In this document: one piece after another, positions 1 through 11,400 of the stretch
How the letters are laid out: every line of letters begins with the position of its first letter
Numbering within the stretch: the stretch's first letter is position 1
NCBI GenBank assembly: GCA_977862235.1
Contig: OZ374561.1
Coordinates: 620,001-684,000 of the forward strand
Direction: 5' to 3'
Length of the DNA: 64,000 bases
DNA from: Dudresnaya verticillata
Lineage: Eukaryota
The notes under the pieces: generated by a model
What the model was told of the DNA's origin: nothing
What the model saw: the letters and a program-made list of their open reading frames with translations, nothing else
The model's database searches: none
Made by a program: the position numbers and the translations under genes

Positions 1-1873
1 ATATTTTATCTCTGCGGATTACAGCTTGGTGCAATGCTATGTGAATGCGCACACTACGGATGAATGCCAACACACTCCGGTGAAGAAGCAAACTGGCTTG
101 TGCATTATTCTGTTTTGAAGAATTACAGACCCTTGGTCCAACCTTCTGCAGGCTTGCAACTATTTTCCAGTTACGAAAAACAATAAACCATGATGCTGTG
201 GTGCACTTCGGGTATCAAGGCGCAGCTATAGACTGGTACAGTATTGCAATTTCCGATTGGGAAGCCCATGGGTCGTCTTACTGCTCCAAAGGAAGACACG
301 CTTGCTGTACTACGTCTTTATGGTTACAGGGAAAGTTTGTTAATTATGCAGGTCCACCTCGAAGGAGCAAGATCGTTTCGAACAAAACCGCTCGCACGAG
401 CGGTGCGTGTCGACAGTGCGCGTTCGAGAATACTGTAGGCGATATTGCCGCCGGACAGATTTTTAATTAGGAGCCGAGTGCGGAAAGGTTTGGTACGTAG
501 AAGTGCGCCGCGGGGGAGGGGGCTGAGGCTAAGCAGTAAAATCTTGGGCATTGGCAGTCGGAATATATAGACTTTATTTGAAGAAGAACGGTTTCTAGAC
601 CTGGGCGGGCAAGAGGCTAGCGTTATTGAACAAGCAATTGTGTTCAACACGCAGCGTGTTCAACACAGAGCCTGGCTTCAACTTCTGATCCAAGGAAGAC
701 GTGGGCAGCCCACGAGCCCATCTTGTGTGACCCCAGCCACGTGGATTTGTAGGGCTTGTCCTGATGAAGAGCACTTTATACTGTACCTATAACATAACCG
801 ACAGCTGGTTACACTGGTGATGTAGGCCCTTTGAACTTTTAAAAGCATACAGGCCAGCAATGGTGACAACGACGGGCCTCGTCAAAGGCGGATTGTTTTG
901 AGCAGGTTCCTGCAAGTGTTTGTAGATACTGTCGAAACGTGAGATTCCCAGACGAGCGTTTGCGGAGCTGCACCAGCCGGGTCTGAAAGTGCGAGACTGT
1001 GCGCATGCAGGCGCTTGAGAAAAAGCCGACGGTGTAGACGGGCTCGGCACAGGCACGGGAGGGGCACACGTACTGTTGCGGGTGGGGCGGCAGTGCGGAC
1101 AAAAATAGCAATCCGTGTGGTGAACGAAACTGGCGAGTGCGGCCGGGGGCAGCGGTGGGGCCACCACGTTGAGCGAAAAAGGGCGGCAGTTTTCACAAAG
1201 CGGAACACGCGGGCGATGACGTGAGAGGCAGAGTCGCGCGATTCGCCAATAACGGCGGCCACGCGTGGCGCCACGCGCGCGCATTCCCAGTTCTTGCCTG
1301 CGCCGTGCCCCCGAGCCGCCGCCGGGCGCCCGTCTGCATCCCTCTGGGCGCGCCACGCTCGAGCCCCCACCCCGCCCGGAATCACCCCCGCGATTCACCC
1401 GCCTTCTGACACCCACGACACGCATCGCCCCCGACTCCCGACCTCTCCCGCACTGATGAGACACGCACACGAGAGCTGCCGCGCTCGAGCGCGCTCGCGC
1501 AACGGGAGCGCGTGCGGGCAGGCGAAGGCGGGCGTGTGTGCGCCCGCGTGTGCCGTGTCTGTGCAATGCACATGCCGCCCCGAACTCGGTGCCGCTCTGC
1601 GCGCCAGCGCAGTTTACACCCCTCCCTGGACGCAGACCTTCCTCTCCTTGCCACCCCAGATCGTCCACCCTTACCCTCCCCCGCAACACCCCTGGCTCAA
1701 ACCCACAAGGCACCACACGTCCGAGCCCCACCGTCATTCCCTGGCCTCGCCTTCGGACCAACACCGTCCAGTTCGGGGAGCAGCAGCGGAAGCGCGACGG
1801 CGTCGCCGATCTTCACAGAGCATCTCGTTGCCGTCAACTGCCAGCGCGACCGCAGCACCGGCGGCGGGGCACA

Positions 1874-3505
1874 ATGAGCGCCTTGGTCGGCGTCGTCCAT
1901 CCGGACTACTACCTCCCGCAGCGCATCTCCGTCGCCGCTGGCTTCTTCCATGCTTACCCGCGCCTCGGCAGCTCCATCACCGACTTTTCTACATCCGACG
2001 AGTACCGTAATGCCATCTACCGTCTGGGCATTCCATACTTGGCCGCTGGCGCCGTCCTGCTCCTGGCCGTGCTGATTGCCAACTGCTACTTCTTCGCATT
2101 TCGAGACGTCGTCCCTGGTGCCGATGACACCCACGAGTCGGATCCTCACAAGCGAGACTGTGTCGGACGGTCATTTTTGCTCTTCTCGTGCTTTCTCAAC
2201 TTGGCCATTGTTCTTTGCATCGCCATATCGTTGCACTCAGCATATACTATGAGGGCGGCGGCCAATAACACGCATGATATGCTTATCGCTGCTCGTGCAA
2301 ACGTGTCGGAACATGTACTAGAACCTGCGAGATTTCTTGACGAATTAGCAACTGAGGTAGCTGAGAAGGATGTGACTACTGTTTCGGAGGATAAGCAGCT
2401 CATCGCAAGAAAGGTCTCGTTCCTTTTTGATAACCGCGCCAAGGCCTTCAAGAATCTTCTCAACGAGACATCTCAGCTCTTCAATAATCTGAGAACAATT
2501 GACGAAGAAGTGCGCAACTTGTCAGACGGTTACTTTTCTTTAACAGTGGCAGTTCTGCTTTCAATAATTGGCGGCCTCTTGCTAGTGTTTGTATGCGATG
2601 CCACAACACCAGACTCGAGATGTACTCGGATCATCTCGTTTTCGCTCTTGCTGATCCCATTGGCAGCCACCTGGGCTCATACCGCAGTTTCGACATGGAT
2701 GGCCGTTGCTTCGGGTGACTTCTGTGAGTCTGTAGGGCTCTATCAACGTACCGTTCTTGCTCAAACGAAAGAAAAGGCACATCCGCCAGTCCTCTCGCGG
2801 GCAAATGTTTTTGCTAAGTTTGAATTGGAATGCCCTGCTACTATTTCCGCGGCCGCGGACTTCAAGCAGCTTAACGAGTTTCTCGGGTCCTCACATGACC
2901 GAGATGGACTTGCTGGGTTTTCTACAGGCCTCAACGCACTCGTCAGTCAAGATATATCGGAAGAAGCTTGGGAAAAAGCCCGCTTTTGGATGCACGATCG
3001 TTGGGAGTTCTACGGCCACTGTGATACTCAAATCTTGCTAGCCGGCAAGCTTTCTCATCACGTCTGCGGTAATCATGGCGCGAGCGCCATGTCTGCCATG
3101 GGGCAGCTATGGCTCTCTTCCTGCGGATTAACACTGCTGTTTACCGTTGTTATTGCTCTGTTAACATGGGGTCATCCGCCGTCAGAGTTCTGTTCTGGCA
3201 GAGAGCTGATGTATGTATACGGTGCGCCCAAGCTGATTTCCGCATTCGGTGACGTGGCCAGTATACGATCGAGGCATTCGGCATTCATGAAACTGGAAGC
3301 CGGCTACATCCCAAGATCTGCTTCGTGTGGCAGCTCTACAGATACAGATGGTCTTGATAAGTCTGATGACACTAGCTCAATGTCTACAGAACGACCAAGA
3401 CGCAACGCTTACATATCGCACCAGCTGAACGGCCACAGCGCAAAGCGCCTCGATTGGTGCCCAGAGGTAGAAGAGAGATCGTCAGACTCTAGCAGATACT
3501 CGTAG
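1874..3505 (+). CDS. Tweety (TTYH)/prominin-like multi-pass membrane protein, 543 aa, single exon
   Basis: First in-frame ATG at 1874 (acaATGa). The N-terminus YYLPQRISVAAGFFHAYPRL...EYRNAI followed by a hydrophobic helix resembles the TTYH N-terminus. AVASGDFC after TM4 resembles TTYH AVGLSDFC. About five hydrophobic segments, two large extracellular regions and a Ser-rich tail. Confidence 0.7.
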   Translation: MSALVGVVHPDYYLPQRISVAAGFFHAYPRLGSSITDFSTSDEYRNAIYRLGIPYLAAGAVLLLAVLIANCYFFAFRDVVPGADDTHESDPHKRDCVGRSFLLFSCFLNLAIVLCIAISLHSAYTMRAAANNTHDMLIAARANVSEHVLEPARFLDELATEVAEKDVTTVSEDKQLIARKVSFLFDNRAKAFKNLLNETSQLFNNLRTIDEEVRNLSDGYFSLTVAVLLSIIGGLLLVFVCDATTPDSRCTRIISFSLLLIPLAATWAHTAVSTWMAVASGDFCESVGLYQRTVLAQTKEKAHPPVLSRANVFAKFELECPATISAAADFKQLNEFLGSSHDRDGLAGFSTGLNALVSQDISEEAWEKARFWMHDRWEFYGHCDTQILLAGKLSHHVCGNHGASAMSAMGQLWLSSCGLTLLFTVVIALLTWGHPPSEFCSGRELMYVYGAPKLISAFGDVASIRSRHSAFMKLEAGYIPRSASCGSSTDTDGLDKSDDTSSMSTERPRRNAYISHQLNGHSAKRLDWCPEVEERSSDSSRYS

Positions 3506-3585
3506 ATTAGGAGACTCGGGTGCCAGCCGCAATCTGTATATTCATTCAGGAATTTGTACATAGTAGTGATGTAAAACTCCCCAGA

Positions 3586-4247
3586 CTAGTTACTAATCCT
3601 GCTTAGCTGCTTGGCACATTCCGTGAATGCCTCAACCTCGCCAGCACAAGCCAAGGGGTTGTCCTTGCCGTTCACCTTGTAGCAAACTGTGATCGCGTCT
3701 CGGAAGGATGAGCATGGTAGCTTCGACGACTCCCCAGACGGGAAGTTGAGGCTCGCAAGCTTGTCTTGCAAGATCTTCCCTTTCTCCATCACCGCAGCGC
3801 GTTCAGCCTGCTGAAGCTCGTGTGCCTCTTTAAGTTGAGCCTTCTTCATCTCGCCGAGCATCGCAGCTCTTTCTCTTCTTCCTTCCTTGCGTACCTGTGT
3901 GATTATAACACCACATGCACATTGCAGTATGCCATGATAAATAACGCATTGGTCACTATGTTAGAGAGAGAATTGCACGCTTGTAGCTAGAGTTTGCCAC
4001 TGAATGGCGTGAGTCTCGGTTACGTACCGCTTCAATAAGAGACGCCTCCCGCGGAGTGCGCGGCTCAATTGGACCGGGTTCAGTTGCACGACCAGACAAA
4101 ACCTGGAAGAGGCCCGGTGAAATCTGTCGCGTCCGAATGAAACCGAAGCGTTAGCAGCTGCGCATGTCGATAGAAACCGGATCAGACAAACCAGGGGAGC
4201 GAACTTACTCGTAGTGAAAAGCTGTCCGGATCGTATTCTTCGGTCAT
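3586..4247 (-). CDS. Mic19/CHCHD3-like (DUF1690-like) coiled-coil + twin CX9C mitochondrial intermembrane-space protein, 147 aa; exons 4247-4209, 4123-4028, 3894-3586
   Basis: Manual splicing (GTAAGT..GCTAAC..CAG; GTACGT..CAG) gives a continuous frame MTEEYDPDSFSLR|ISPGLFQVLSG...SLIEA|VRKEGRRE...PCSSFRDAITVCYKVNGKDNPLACAGEVEAFTEC, with a central coiled coil and C-x9-C-x11-C-x9-C. Confidence 0.72.
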
Positions 4248-4772
4248 GATTCCGTGATGTGCCCAGCAGGCCGTCACCTCAATGGACTGAGCGATTGGCG
4301 CCGGAGCTGCGTGCAAACAAGCAACTGCGATGCTAGAGTGCCAACTCCCTCGACTCGTCCGTGCTTTGGGTCGCGAGCTTCGAGCACAGCGATCGAATCG
4401 TCTTGGAAGTCGGATAATTTTTTCTACCAAAACATCTAATTTTTATTGCATTTTATGTTGGGCAGATCGGGATTCAGCATTGCGGATCGCGCTTATTGGG
4501 ACATTTGTAGTCCGACCTTGCTCAACTCACACAATGCTGCAATGCAGGCGAAAAGCTCACTTGAGGACGGCCCCACTGCCGTGCGGACTGTTTGTGTGTC
4601 TTGGCGTGCAGTTACACGCTCTTGGTCTTTGACCGGCCTTGTTCTTTCGCTAGCGACTTCTGCGTGCACCGAAAAGTTCACTATTCAACCTATTATCCAC
4701 AAGTTTGCAGCTGTGCCCTTTCCGGATTTAGGATCACCAGGTGGTCTTTACTGGGCTTGGAAGCAAACAACA
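4248..4772. promoter_or_regulatory. Probable shared divergent promoter of the Mic19-like gene and SF3B6
   Basis: Head-to-head ATGs 525 nt apart; GATTGG near 4292. Confidence 0.45.
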
Positions 4773-5314
4773 ATGTCTTCTCTTCCTGTCATGGCTCCTT
4801 CTGCTGCAATAAAGCTTCCCCCGGAGGTGAACAGAATTTTGTTTGTCAAGTAAGTACTGCTGCAGCAACTTCCGCGGACAATGTCGCACGCATGTTTCAT
4901 CAGCGAATGACAAGCCTGGCCGTGAGCTAACTTGGCATTTAACGTTTCATTCTTCTTGCGCTGCCAAAGGAGTTTGCCATACAAAATATCTGCCGAGGAC
5001 ATGTACGACATCTTCGGTAAATACGGTGCAATCAAACAGATTCGCCTCGGCAACACAAACCAAACGAGAGGGACTGCTTACGTGGTTTACGAAGACATAT
5101 TTGAAGCGAAGAACGCTTGTGAGAATCTAAATGGCTTCCAGGTTGCCGGGCGATATCTTATTGTAAGTTGAGTCCGCCTTGAGTTTTCTGCATCCATTGC
5201 AGCGTTCTCTTTTCTGACTTTGGGTATATTTTGCAATGTGTTTGTGTGCAGGTTCTGTACCATCAGAAGAGCAAGGTCTCCAGAAAGCCAGACATGAAGG
5301 ACAGAAGGCGGTAG
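4773..5314 (+). CDS. SF3B6: Splicing factor 3B subunit 6 (p14), RRM protein, ~110 aa; exons 4773-4849, 4970-5162, 5252-5314
   Basis: [82 protein letters not shown] closely matches p14. Both introns start GTAAGT. Alternative start at 4791. Confidence 0.93.
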
Positions 5315-5614
5315 GTGTGGTGGCCTACACGACCTGCAGAGTGCTGTGCTTTACATACTCCTAGATATGCCTGCCTACGTCAGAAGCAATTCCGTGTTCC
5401 ACTGGAGAGGAAAGTTTTCGTACGCATTTCGCAACCTTCGCAACGTTGGGAGGTTGAATCAATCAAGGCGGAATTGCGATCCAATGTTCCGACTAGGAGG
5501 AAACGCTCCTTGAGTTGGACAGCTTCTGCACCGTCGAAGCTTAGATGCGTGCAGCCAAAGTATTTCCATGAAGTTCCACCATTCCACTGTTGACCACAGG
5601 GACAGAACCACGAC

Positions 5615-6637
5615 TCAGAGCTCTGCTGACAACGTTTTCGGGCGAACGCGAATCAGCCTGCCGTCTACAGACAGACGATCATCCACGAAAAGCTGAATTG
5701 CCTCCGGAAGGGCTTCCTTCTCGCTTTCGAAGACGCGGGCGGCCAGGTCATCTGCTGTATCGGAGTCCATAACGGCCACTGCCTTTTGCAAGATAATCGG
5801 ACCATGGTCATACTTATTGTCCGCCAGATGGACAGTGCATCCCGTGATCTTCGCCCCAAAGTTGAGCTGCAGCGAAGCATCGAAAGAAAAGAAACGAATG
5901 TTTGAAAAGAATAGCAGCATAGTTTCGTATCATCAACGAGAGTCAGCTTCTGATCAGCATACTCTGATCAGTATCCACAAAAAAAGAGCTCGTCGATATG
6001 CAAAACTTACCACTGCTTCGTGAACACGCTGACCGTAGTAGCCCTTTCCGCAAAACGCAGGAATCAAACTGGGATGAATGTTGATGACCTTCCCTTCATA
6101 CCGCGGTGGAATCAGATAGAAGTGCATCCACCCCGCCAGAACGACGAGGTCGACAGCATAGACATCCAACAGAGTAGAGATTGCGTCGCTGAATCGTTCC
6201 GTGTCGCTCTCAAAGTCTCGCAACCTCAGCACGCGGGTAGATATTCCGAAGCGTTCGGCTCGTGGGATTGCCCCAGCCGACTTCTTGCTAGCGATTACGA
6301 CGCTTACCGTACAACCCGTTAAGCGACCAGCTTCAATCCTATCGCAGATGTTTTCCAGAGACCGACCACCCCCAGAAACCAGGACTGCGAGCTTCAGCTT
6401 GGATTCGCGGGCGTCCCGGTTTGACATGGACCATCTTGATCTCGTTCGGGCCTCATCGTAGTGTCCCAGCGTGCTCGGATTTCCGACAGAAGAAAAGTGG
6501 ACCGGGCGCCCCCTCGCGTTTGCAGTGCGAACCGAACGGGTTGGTCTCATGTTGCTTGCCAAACTGCAGCCATAGTGCAAACCCGCTAAACCCCCGCCGC
6601 AGAAAGGTGCGGGCCACGAAGAGCAAAACGCGGTCAT
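5615..6637 (-). CDS. purN: Phosphoribosylglycinamide formyltransferase (GAR transformylase) with predicted plastid transit peptide, 292 aa; exons 6637-6011, 5866-5615
   Basis: LAVLVSGGG, LVVLAGWM, INIHPSLIP (catalytic N/H), GCTVHL..YDHGPII (catalytic D). Intron GTAAGT..CAG (6010-5867) joins the two ORFs in frame. Ser/Arg-rich MTAF N-extension. Confidence 0.93.
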
Positions 6638-7026
6638 TACTATGGCGAAGTTGATTCCAGTTCAGCGCTTTGACCGTGTGGACCTCATACCCCGGGGGAG
6701 TGTTGATATTCTGACGCCCGACCAGATCTTTCAAGAACGTGGCTCTGCATCCGCGATATGCACCTGATGAAGTCGACTTTGCAGCTCGCGATCACTCGAG
6801 CAACGGCACGTTGCTGAACGTCACGCAGAGAAAAGGTGATCAGAAAATATAAAGTATCTCAGCCTTTCTCCCAGCCCCGTCGGTCGCGGTCGCAGGAATA
6901 GCACTAATAAAAGGAACTGAGATCAATGGAGGAGCGCGATTTTGAGACTCGAAATACAGAATCTTTAATGCGAGGGCGTCCACGGAAAATCATTTGTGGC
7001 CCAGTTAGTGTTGTTCAAGGACTATG

Positions 7027-7959
7027 TCACATGCTGCGGTCACGACGGACAACTCGAATGCAATTCGTCTCATGCGTCGGGCAGATGAAAGGTGGGATAA
7101 CGTTAAGGCACTCTCCGAAGAAGCCATCTGCAGCGCTGAGCAGCTGCTCCCACTTCGTGCGATAGTGCCCGCTGTTCGGTCCAATGCAAGCAACGAGGCC
7201 ATCGTCAACGGCAATCCTTCCAGCAGCCCTAACTGGCTGCCCGGCGACAAAAGACGAGTGGTGAAACCCTCCTTTCTTCTTCCGGTTGATGTAAAGGTTG
7301 CCGCGAAGGTCAATGACGAAGATCCACTTTGGCTCGAAGTTGGTATCAACGCGGCTGTACATGGGACCACCGCCGGGGTTGCTCACGGAGGCCCACACCA
7401 ATACTCCATCTCTAATCACAGCACGATACTGCTCCCTTTCCTTCTCCGTGCAATAGCGCACACAGGAGCGCTCCAACTGGTCGCGAGAAACAAACTTCCT
7501 TGACCGGTACCCGCTGTTTCCCAGATCCACTCCGCGGCCTTCTCCATAATCGAGCCACTCAAAGAAGTGGCCCGGGGCTCCAACAGAGCGCCACACGTCG
7601 TAATAGGGTCGCAGCAGGGACCCATATCGGTGGCGCTCATCCATCACTTCGAGCCAATGTGTGCAGTCCAAGACTGGAAAAGCAGGATCCTTGTTGTCCA
7701 CCACATCGAAGTATCGGGTGGCGCTCTGCCAGTGATTTCTCAGCGAGTCTGGAATTGGAATTGGCAGTGCGTCTGGCGATGCGGCGCGATCTTCCGGAAT
7801 GAGGACAGGATAGTTGCCAGTAACCTTCTGCACAAACTCGGCCTGCGAGAGCGGAGCCACCGCGCGCGCAACAGGCTCCGCAGTAGGTTTCACGTGAGTT
7901 AAGACATCAAGAGGAGATAAATTTTTGCGCTCGACCAGTACGGCCTCGGTCTTTGCCAT
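7027..7959 (-). CDS. IQM-family-like protein (core domain of plant IQ-motif-containing IQM proteins), 310 aa
   Basis: HWLEVMDERHRYG..L..YYDVW, FFEWLDYGEG, EREQY, KWIFV, KKKGGFHHSSFVAG...AAGRI...PNSGHY match the conserved IQM block. No IQ motif recognised. Confidence 0.82.
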   Translation of the reverse strand: MAKTEAVLVERKNLSPLDVLTHVKPTAEPVARAVAPLSQAEFVQKVTGNYPVLIPEDRAASPDALPIPIPDSLRNHWQSATRYFDVVDNKDPAFPVLDCTHWLEVMDERHRYGSLLRPYYDVWRSVGAPGHFFEWLDYGEGRGVDLGNSGYRSRKFVSRDQLERSCVRYCTEKEREQYRAVIRDGVLVWASVSNPGGGPMYSRVDTNFEPKWIFVIDLRGNLYINRKKKGGFHHSSFVAGQPVRAAGRIAVDDGLVACIGPNSGHYRTKWEQLLSAADGFFGECLNVIPPFICPTHETNCIRVVRRDRSM

Positions 7960-8467
7960 GCGTGTGAGGCAGGGTATCAGACGTGTAGCGGTGCGTACAA
8001 AGGAGCGTAGGCTTCAGAGAGGATGCGGATTTGTCAGTGGTGCGTTAAGCACAGGACGTGTGACGAACAGCACGGTGCACGGCACGGTATGCAAAGCACT
8101 AGGATGTGACGTTTGTGAGTGTGTGTGCGTGTGTGTTTGTGTGGGTGGGTGGGTGTGGGTCAGTGTGGGTGAGGGTGGGTGGGTGTTCGGGTGCGCAAGG
8201 CAAACTTGATGAAAGGGGGCTCAGGGGGCGGTGTAGCAAATGACGGGTGACTTTGGCGTAGGGGCCGTCAGAAAACCATAAGGCGGAGGTTGCGAGCAGG
8301 TGGGGGATGCAACATAGAAGGCAGGTAGAGGGGGAAGGGAAGAGCTGGCGGGAGGGAGAACGGCGCGACGGGGCCGGGGAGAGGGAGTGATGTCGGGGTC
8401 TGCGGGCGGTGGTGTGATGGGCTCGGGTGCGCAGAGAGTAACGAGGGTTGGGGAGGACGCAGGGATG

Positions 8468-8475
8468 TTTATATG
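8468..8475 (-). promoter_or_regulatory. Candidate TATA box (CATATAAA) upstream of the IQM-like gene
   Basis: Minus strand reads GCATATAAAC inside otherwise very GC-rich DNA, ~500 nt upstream of the ATG and followed by a pyrimidine-rich leader. Confidence 0.35.
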
Positions 8476-11400
8476 CGTGGGCGAGGGGGGCCGGCCAAAG
8501 GGGGGCCGGACTAGGGAGATTGGCGAGCGACGGGTGCGGGGTACACGGCAGGGCGGTGGGCGACGCGGTCAGGGAGAAGGACAGCGGCGGGGTGGAAAGG
8601 GCTCCGGAACGGGATGGACCGTTCGACAGACAGGCGGAAAACGGGCGGGGCGGCACACGCGCGCGGGAAGAGGTGTCGCCGATGGAGGTCACAAAGGCGG
8701 GGGTTCGTAGTCTGCAACGGGCGAGGGGTGCAGCAGGGGGTGCAGCGGCGGCGGCGGCGGCGGCGGCGACGACGGCGGCAGAGGCGGCGGCGACGGCGGC
8801 GATGCGGCGGCAGCGGCGGCAGTGGGCGTTGACGACAGAATGAGGTCACGGGGACGATGTGGGCGGGGGCTGAGGCGAGAGTTTGCGCGCGCGGGTTCGG
8901 ACGTGGCGCGGGACGCGGTCTGGAAAGCGGAGCAAGTACAGTATGCAAATATAAGGCGCTGGGCAGACCGAAGCGGATGCATCCAGGTGCACACGCGCAA
9001 AGGCGAGGGTGTGTCGCATGATCCTTTCATGTTGTAACGCGGGGCGGAGGCAGGCGCATTGAAACGTTGGCCACAGCATGGACCAACGCTGTCAACGGCA
9101 TGGACCGGTCCAATCAGTCGCGCTCGCGCATCGCGTGCTTTTCCGCGGCCACGCTGGACACATGGCTCTCATGACTGCGCTTATGATATGCTTACCGGAG
9201 AGCCTCTCCCCCGCCGAAATTTTATCGCCAATTCCATGACTGACTGGACGCGTGTCGAGGTCGGTTGAGGGATCGAGATTAAATTGGGGCATGTGCCTCC
9301 GCGGCAATGGCCGCTGCTCGCGGCGCGGCGCAATGCCTGTCAGCCGGTGGATCGCATGCTTCAAACGTGGCCGCACAGCCGGGCCAAATCATGGGCTTCC
9401 AAAGGCTCGAGTCTTCCAATCCTTCCAATGATCGCGCGAAGCTGGACGCACCGCCGTGAAACGTGTGGGAACTGCGCAGGAACTGCGCAGGAACAACAGG
9501 AACAGCCCCGGATTAGACCCCTCCTCGCAACCAGTCGCGCCGCTCGGCTTCCCATTGGCCCGGATTGCTCACTGCGCCAGCCTATCAATAAAGCTGTAGC
9601 TCGCGCCGTTCTGATTCTTCGCGACCGCCTAGAAAACTTCTCCCATTACTGCAAAAAAGTCTTCTGCGCAAAGTGAATCACCTTGCGCGGAGGCTGTGGC
9701 AGGCCGTGGCAGGCTGTTCCTAGAACGGAAAAATCTGGCTCGCCAGCGCAACCGCGAAAATATATTCACATTTCACCCGCCGCGCGCGCGCGCACGGCCT
9801 CTCGCCCGCCTGATCCGGATCCGAGCCGCGAATCACCGCTCGCTCTGGCGCGGCGCGCTTGCCATTGGCGCTCGGCTCCGTGTCTTCCAGGAACGGTCTT
9901 CCACCGCGCCGCGACGAGCACATTTCCTTCACAGGTCCACGCCGCTCCGACAACGCACACACAGTGTGCCCCCTACAGACACCGCCGCTGCTCCCCGCCC
10001 TCCTGCTCCGCAGCAAACGTTGCCGCTGCCACACCACACCGCTCCTGCAGCTGCACCCACAGCTGCACATAGCCGCGCCACCTCACGTGCGCCGCACGTC
10101 GCCCGCGCCGCCGGTCCATCTCCAAACCGACTGCCGGCCTGCGTGTCGGTAGGACCCCGCTTGACCCGCAGGCGGACACTCCGATCCTACCGCCTCTTCG
10201 ATCTTTTCTCATTCGCCGCTCAGCGGCCAAAGCCCTGGCCTGCCACAGCTTTCACACCCATGCATTCACTACGTCTCGTGGCTCCTGCGCAGCGAGCAGC
10301 GACGTCTTCTTGCACCTCGCCCGTATGCACAAACCACAACTGCAGCCCAGAACCTCCGTTTGTGGCTTACAACTGCCCTATTCGCCGCTCCCTACGCTGA
10401 GTAACGCCTGTTAACCTTGGCCCTACGATCGTGCTGCCATATATCTCGCATTTAGATCCAGCCCATGGCACTACTGTAGTTTGTGAACACCATAATGAAA
10501 AAAAATACACAACTCCTACCCCGAGCGCTTCTCAATGCCAGCTGCTCCGTCTTCATTATCTCTCTCATTTCCTCATTTCCAGCTCTGATACAACACATGC
10601 CAGTCCGCGTCACTAGTTTAAAAGCCCAATCACCTCCGAACCTATAAACACCTGTCCAAAATCGTACAGTGCCATCCTCTCAACAATTTTACAAAAACTC
10701 CATCCAGTGTTGTGTTCAACTGTTGCAATAGTTTCACATCATCACACGAGTCTCCTGGCTTTTCTACACCTTGGATTTTGAAACCCTGCTTGCCACCGTT
10801 TACTGCTGTAGTGGACACTGTGAACCCCTTCTCTGACATTACTAAAGATGGATAAAATAGAACAATACATATATCGTTTAACGTTAGTCATCGAGGGTGC
10901 CAAGATACAACAGCAATTCAGCTTCCTCTCGCCTTCTTCTCCCGTGTTTTTCTTTCTCCCTTTTCTGTGAAACGGTTCCATCTTCATCTTCGCACCGCTC
11001 TTCTGCAATGCGGTCCTGCACTTCTCTTCCTCAAAGATCCATGAGTGCCTTGGGTGAAGAGAGAGCACGCAGTCCTACGTTTCCTACTGTATGTACCCGT
11101 AAGATCACAACGCCTCACTGCTGTACGGCAACGGCTGTAGATTAAAGTCTCTGCCACAAAATGCTGCAGGAGCACTTGAGACGGTTTATCAGTTTACAAG
11201 CTTTCGACCGAGCGTGAGGATACATACATAGGCCCGCAAGGGGCCCATCTGCTTGCATTCTAAAACCAAATTTTTGTAAATCTTTGCCGCACTTGAGTTT
11301 GTCAGGAGCACGCGGCAGAGGCTTCCTATTTCGCAATGGGGCAATCACTGGACCCTGAAGCCTCGGTCGAACCTATTTCAGACAGTCAGTGCATATTCAT

